A program made the translations under genes and the position numbers. Shown here one piece after another: positions 60,847-64,000 of a DNA stretch of 64,000 bases (its first letter is position 1; each line of letters begins with the position of its first letter). The stretch lies in the NCBI RefSeq assembly GCF_009914755.1, contig NC_060948.1. One strand, 5' to 3'. This DNA is from the human T2T-CHM13v2.0 reference genome, Homo sapiens. The notes beneath the pieces were generated by a model, which searched no databases, had not been told where the DNA came from, and saw only the letters and a program-made list of their open reading frames with translations.

Positions 60847-61026
60847 TTTTTCTTTTATTTTAAATTTCATTATTATAATACTTTAAGTTTTAGGGTACAT
60901 GTGCACAACGTGCAGGTTTGTTACATATGTATACATGTGCCATGTTGGTGTGCTGCACCCATTAACTCGTCATTTAGCATTAAGTATATCTCCTAATGCT
61001 ATCCCTCCCCGCTCCCCCCACCCCAT
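60847..61026 (-). mobile_element. Short L1PA4-like 3' end
   Basis: T-rich tail, TACTTTAAGTTTTAGGGTACATGTG, truncated in the G-tract; no TSD found. Confidence 0.92.
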
Positions 61027-61484
61027 AAGCAGACCAGCCATGCTTGTTTACTACAGGATTTCTACAGCCATCATTTAGAGAGGCATAGAAGCAGTATTTC
61101 TGAGCTACTGAACAGTAATACAATGCACAAATTTTACAGTGGATAAGCCAGCCTACAAAAGGGAAGAAATGTATTTCATGAAATCTCTCTCCTGTCGATG
61201 TATAACATCCACAGAAACAAAGATGGAGCAAGGTAGCCCACATACTAACCATGACTGAAAATGTACTCTTGTCCCTTGGAATAAGCTTTTAATTCCTATC
61301 TTTGCCCTTCACTCTTTTCTATGATGCTCTGTTCATTGTCCTGCTTCCACCTTCTTTTAGCATTCTTTTTTGCCCCAATAACAGAAAAAACAAAACTATG
61401 TAAAAGATAAAATGTCTTCAATTTCTTACTGTAATAATGTACCCAAACACTCTCTTCCTTCTCCCCACCAACATGCATATGCAA

Positions 61485-61531
61485 ACACACACACAGAGAG
61501 AGAGAGGTTGAGAGAGAGAGAGAGAGAGAGA
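61485..61531. repeat. (CA)n(GA)n microsatellite
   Basis: Read directly from the sequence. Confidence 0.9.
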
Positions 61532-62817
61532 CAGATCCACTGAGAATTATTTCTAGGACTGAATGTCCTAGAAGGCAGATGTATCTCTATGTTCTGTTTT
61601 GTTTAGCTATATGTGGTACTTACTACAGAGGTGTAACTACCATATGTATTTAAAAAGCAAATGGTAAATTAATTTTACAAATACAGCATAATTCCTGTGA
61701 TCCAGAGCCACCCATTAAAGTTCAGATATGGAGAATAGAAACAACATTTAGCAAGAACCCTCCCTTATAAACACACATGTGACACCCAGTGATGTTGACA
61801 TGAGCTGTGAATACACGTCTAAAAAGAAGATTTGGTTTACAGTAACCAATGCTACAGTTAATGAAAAGAGCATTTTTGTAGGATTGCAAAATTACACGTA
61901 TCACACCTGTACATGGATTACCTGCCTCCAAAATAAACATCTTCATAAGAAGCAGGGTACATCTGAGTGGCTCTAGCATCTTAACTAAATTAAGACCAAA
62001 ATGGCACCTTTACACAAGGACACAGTATTCTAAAACTCCAAATGAAAACCTTTCTTTAGGAAGTGGAAATCAGCTGCAATTAAGAGATGACACACTCAAA
62101 AATGGCATATGAGAACTGGCAGGTAAAAGGCTTTCCATGAAACAATTTGAGTGTACATTGAGTCTGTACAGTCAATCCCTTGTTATCCATATCAGTCAAA
62201 GGTGGTGATCACACAGAAAATTCATAATTGTGGATACTGAAAAACACAATATTTGGTTTTATATGTCTCAAGCTAGATTCAAATGGGAGAAAAATCTGGA
62301 ATACATTTGTGAATCCACTGTGAAGAATCTGATTCTCTCTTTCTTGTAGTAATCAAATTGGAAAAGCCACTCAGCCTCCAAATTCTGCTTTCACTCTTTC
62401 CAAACCATATGGGAAATTATTACCCAGACTGATACAAAGTAGCCCTGGAAAGCCAAATATACAAACTTGCTTTTTTTTTTTTTTTTCTGGCAACTCTCTT
62501 ATAGCAAAAAGCTAAATGCTTTATCCAAAAAGCACTTTATTTCAGGTTTCTCTCTGTCTGGCTAGAATGGGGAAAAGAAAGTTATTTATATAAGCTATTA
62601 TAGTACATAATTACACAGGTAACAAAAGAAAAAAAAATCAATAAGATTTTGAAAGGAATACGTTCTTACCCTAAACCGAATGGAAACAAAAACAACATAG
62701 AAAGTATTAATTCAAAATCAGGCAGACCAACAAAAGTCATGGTTAAAAGAAACCACAGATTTATATAACCTAAACCCTTCATTTTATGGATGAAGAAATT
62801 AACAAGCAGTGAACTGA

Positions 62818-62985
62818 AATCTTTACTTCAGTTGTGGTCTGTGGGCCAAGCCTAAGCATCACCTGGGAGGTTATTAGAACTGCACAATTTCAGGCCTCAC
62901 TTCAGACCCACAAAATTAGAATCTGCATTTTAACAAAATCTCCACCCCAGATAATTTCTATGTACGTTGAGGTTTAAGAAGTACT
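62818..62985. mobile_element. MER5A
   Basis: GCATCACCTGGGAG...AGAATCTGCATTTTAACAA. Confidence 0.75.
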
Positions 62986-63637
62986 TGTTAAATTACTTCT
63001 CCAAGTTATCATTAATCATTTACCATGTATATATTACTCAATGGTAGTAGTCAAATGTGTCAAGAAACCTTTCTTTGAGTAAGAGTAATTCAAGCATACT
63101 TCCCTCTGTCACAGTGAACAAACTATTTCCATAAGCTAAATTAATTATTTTTGAATTCTGCATCACTTCTTCAGGCCTTTTACCCAAGTTATCAAATTAC
63201 TATTTTAGTGCAAATAGGCATTGCCAGAGAATAATTTTGGCATTTAAAGAATCTAGTTTATTCCATGATAAATTCTACAATTCCTTATTTCCTTATGATC
63301 CCTGACTAGGAACCAGGTTATTCTGTATAGAATAAACTGGAACCGGGTCCTCGCTTATTCCATTTATTTGTCCACTCTAAAGCCAGGCATAAAGAAGCAC
63401 AGTATATATTTATTCAATCAGTTGTTGGAAGGCAAGCAAAGAACCAAGTTCTTTGTGGTCAGTAGCATTTGTGTTAATATTCCTTCAAGAAAAATTACTA
63501 GACCATTTTCAAGTCCATTTTTAGTGCACTCTCTTTTATTGGTGGTCAGAAACTGCTTCTTGCTCTCCACTTCAAACTCCTCAGCCATATAGTTCGGCTT
63601 GTCTCTACAGCCAATTGAGCCTATCCTATACTCTAAA

Positions 63638-63857
63638 CAGGTGGCTCTCAACCTGAGGTGATTTGGCCCCACAGGGGACATTTTGCAGTGTCTAGAGATA
63701 TTTTTGGATATTACAACTCTAAGGTGGTGAGTGCTACTGGCATCTACGGAGTAGAGGCCAGGGATGCTGCTAAATATACTACCCAGGCAGCCTTCCACAA
63801 CAAGTAATTAATTATCCAATCCAAAATGCCGATAGTGCTAATGTTGAGAAACCCTTG
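63638..63857 (+). mobile_element. MER20 (hAT-Charlie)
   Basis: CAGGTGGCTCTCAAC...GTAGAGGCCAGGGATGCTGCTAAA...GTTGAGAAACCC, ~220 bp. Confidence 0.88.
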
Positions 63858-64000
63858 CCTAGACCCATTCCCAAACTTTTGTAGTCCTTTATCCTCCTCA
63901 GGTTCAGCTATTGCCTTCTATGGGCTGGCTGAGCCATGTCCCAGTTATTAAGATTAATCTCATCTTTAGATAAAAGAGATCCAATCCTGGCTTGATGCCC

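Noticed and set aside
62660-62700. Possible recursive splice site on the minus strand (TTTAG-G-GTAAGA)
   Set aside because: An extra G separates AG and GT, so it does not match YAG|GT.
63418-63798. 126-aa minus-strand ORF
   Set aside because: The first half is antisense MER20 and the rest has no recognisable domain or clear splice context.

Overview
AT-rich, repeat-saturated human genomic DNA (intronic or intergenic); no host protein-coding gene, tRNA, rRNA or CRISPR array could be recognised. A full-length L1HS-Ta element (ACA/G 3'UTR diagnostics) identifies the sequence as human. Well over half of the window is transposable elements. These include the L1HS Ta-0 (40418-46445, minus; ORF1 and ORF0 intact, ORF2 broken) inside a MER4 LTR, and a full-length L1PA16/17 with nested Alus and a 70-bp L1 tail. 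Also present are L1PA4/5/8/15, L1MA/MB/M1/PB fragments, six Alus, THE1/MST/MLT1/MER21/ERVL LTRs, Tigger1/MER2/MER5/MER20 and MIRs. Subfamily names come from my recollection of consensus sequences, not from an alignment. Nearly all long ORFs in the track are L1- or repeat-derived. I found no convincing evidence of a new biological system. The most noteworthy signals are an unexplained ~165-bp local duplication whose two copies both look like in-frame minus-strand cassette exons, and several informative junctions (15-bp twin-priming inversion, hairpin-templated Tigger1 deletion, chimeric 5'/3' L1PA8, tandemly duplicated THE1 segment).
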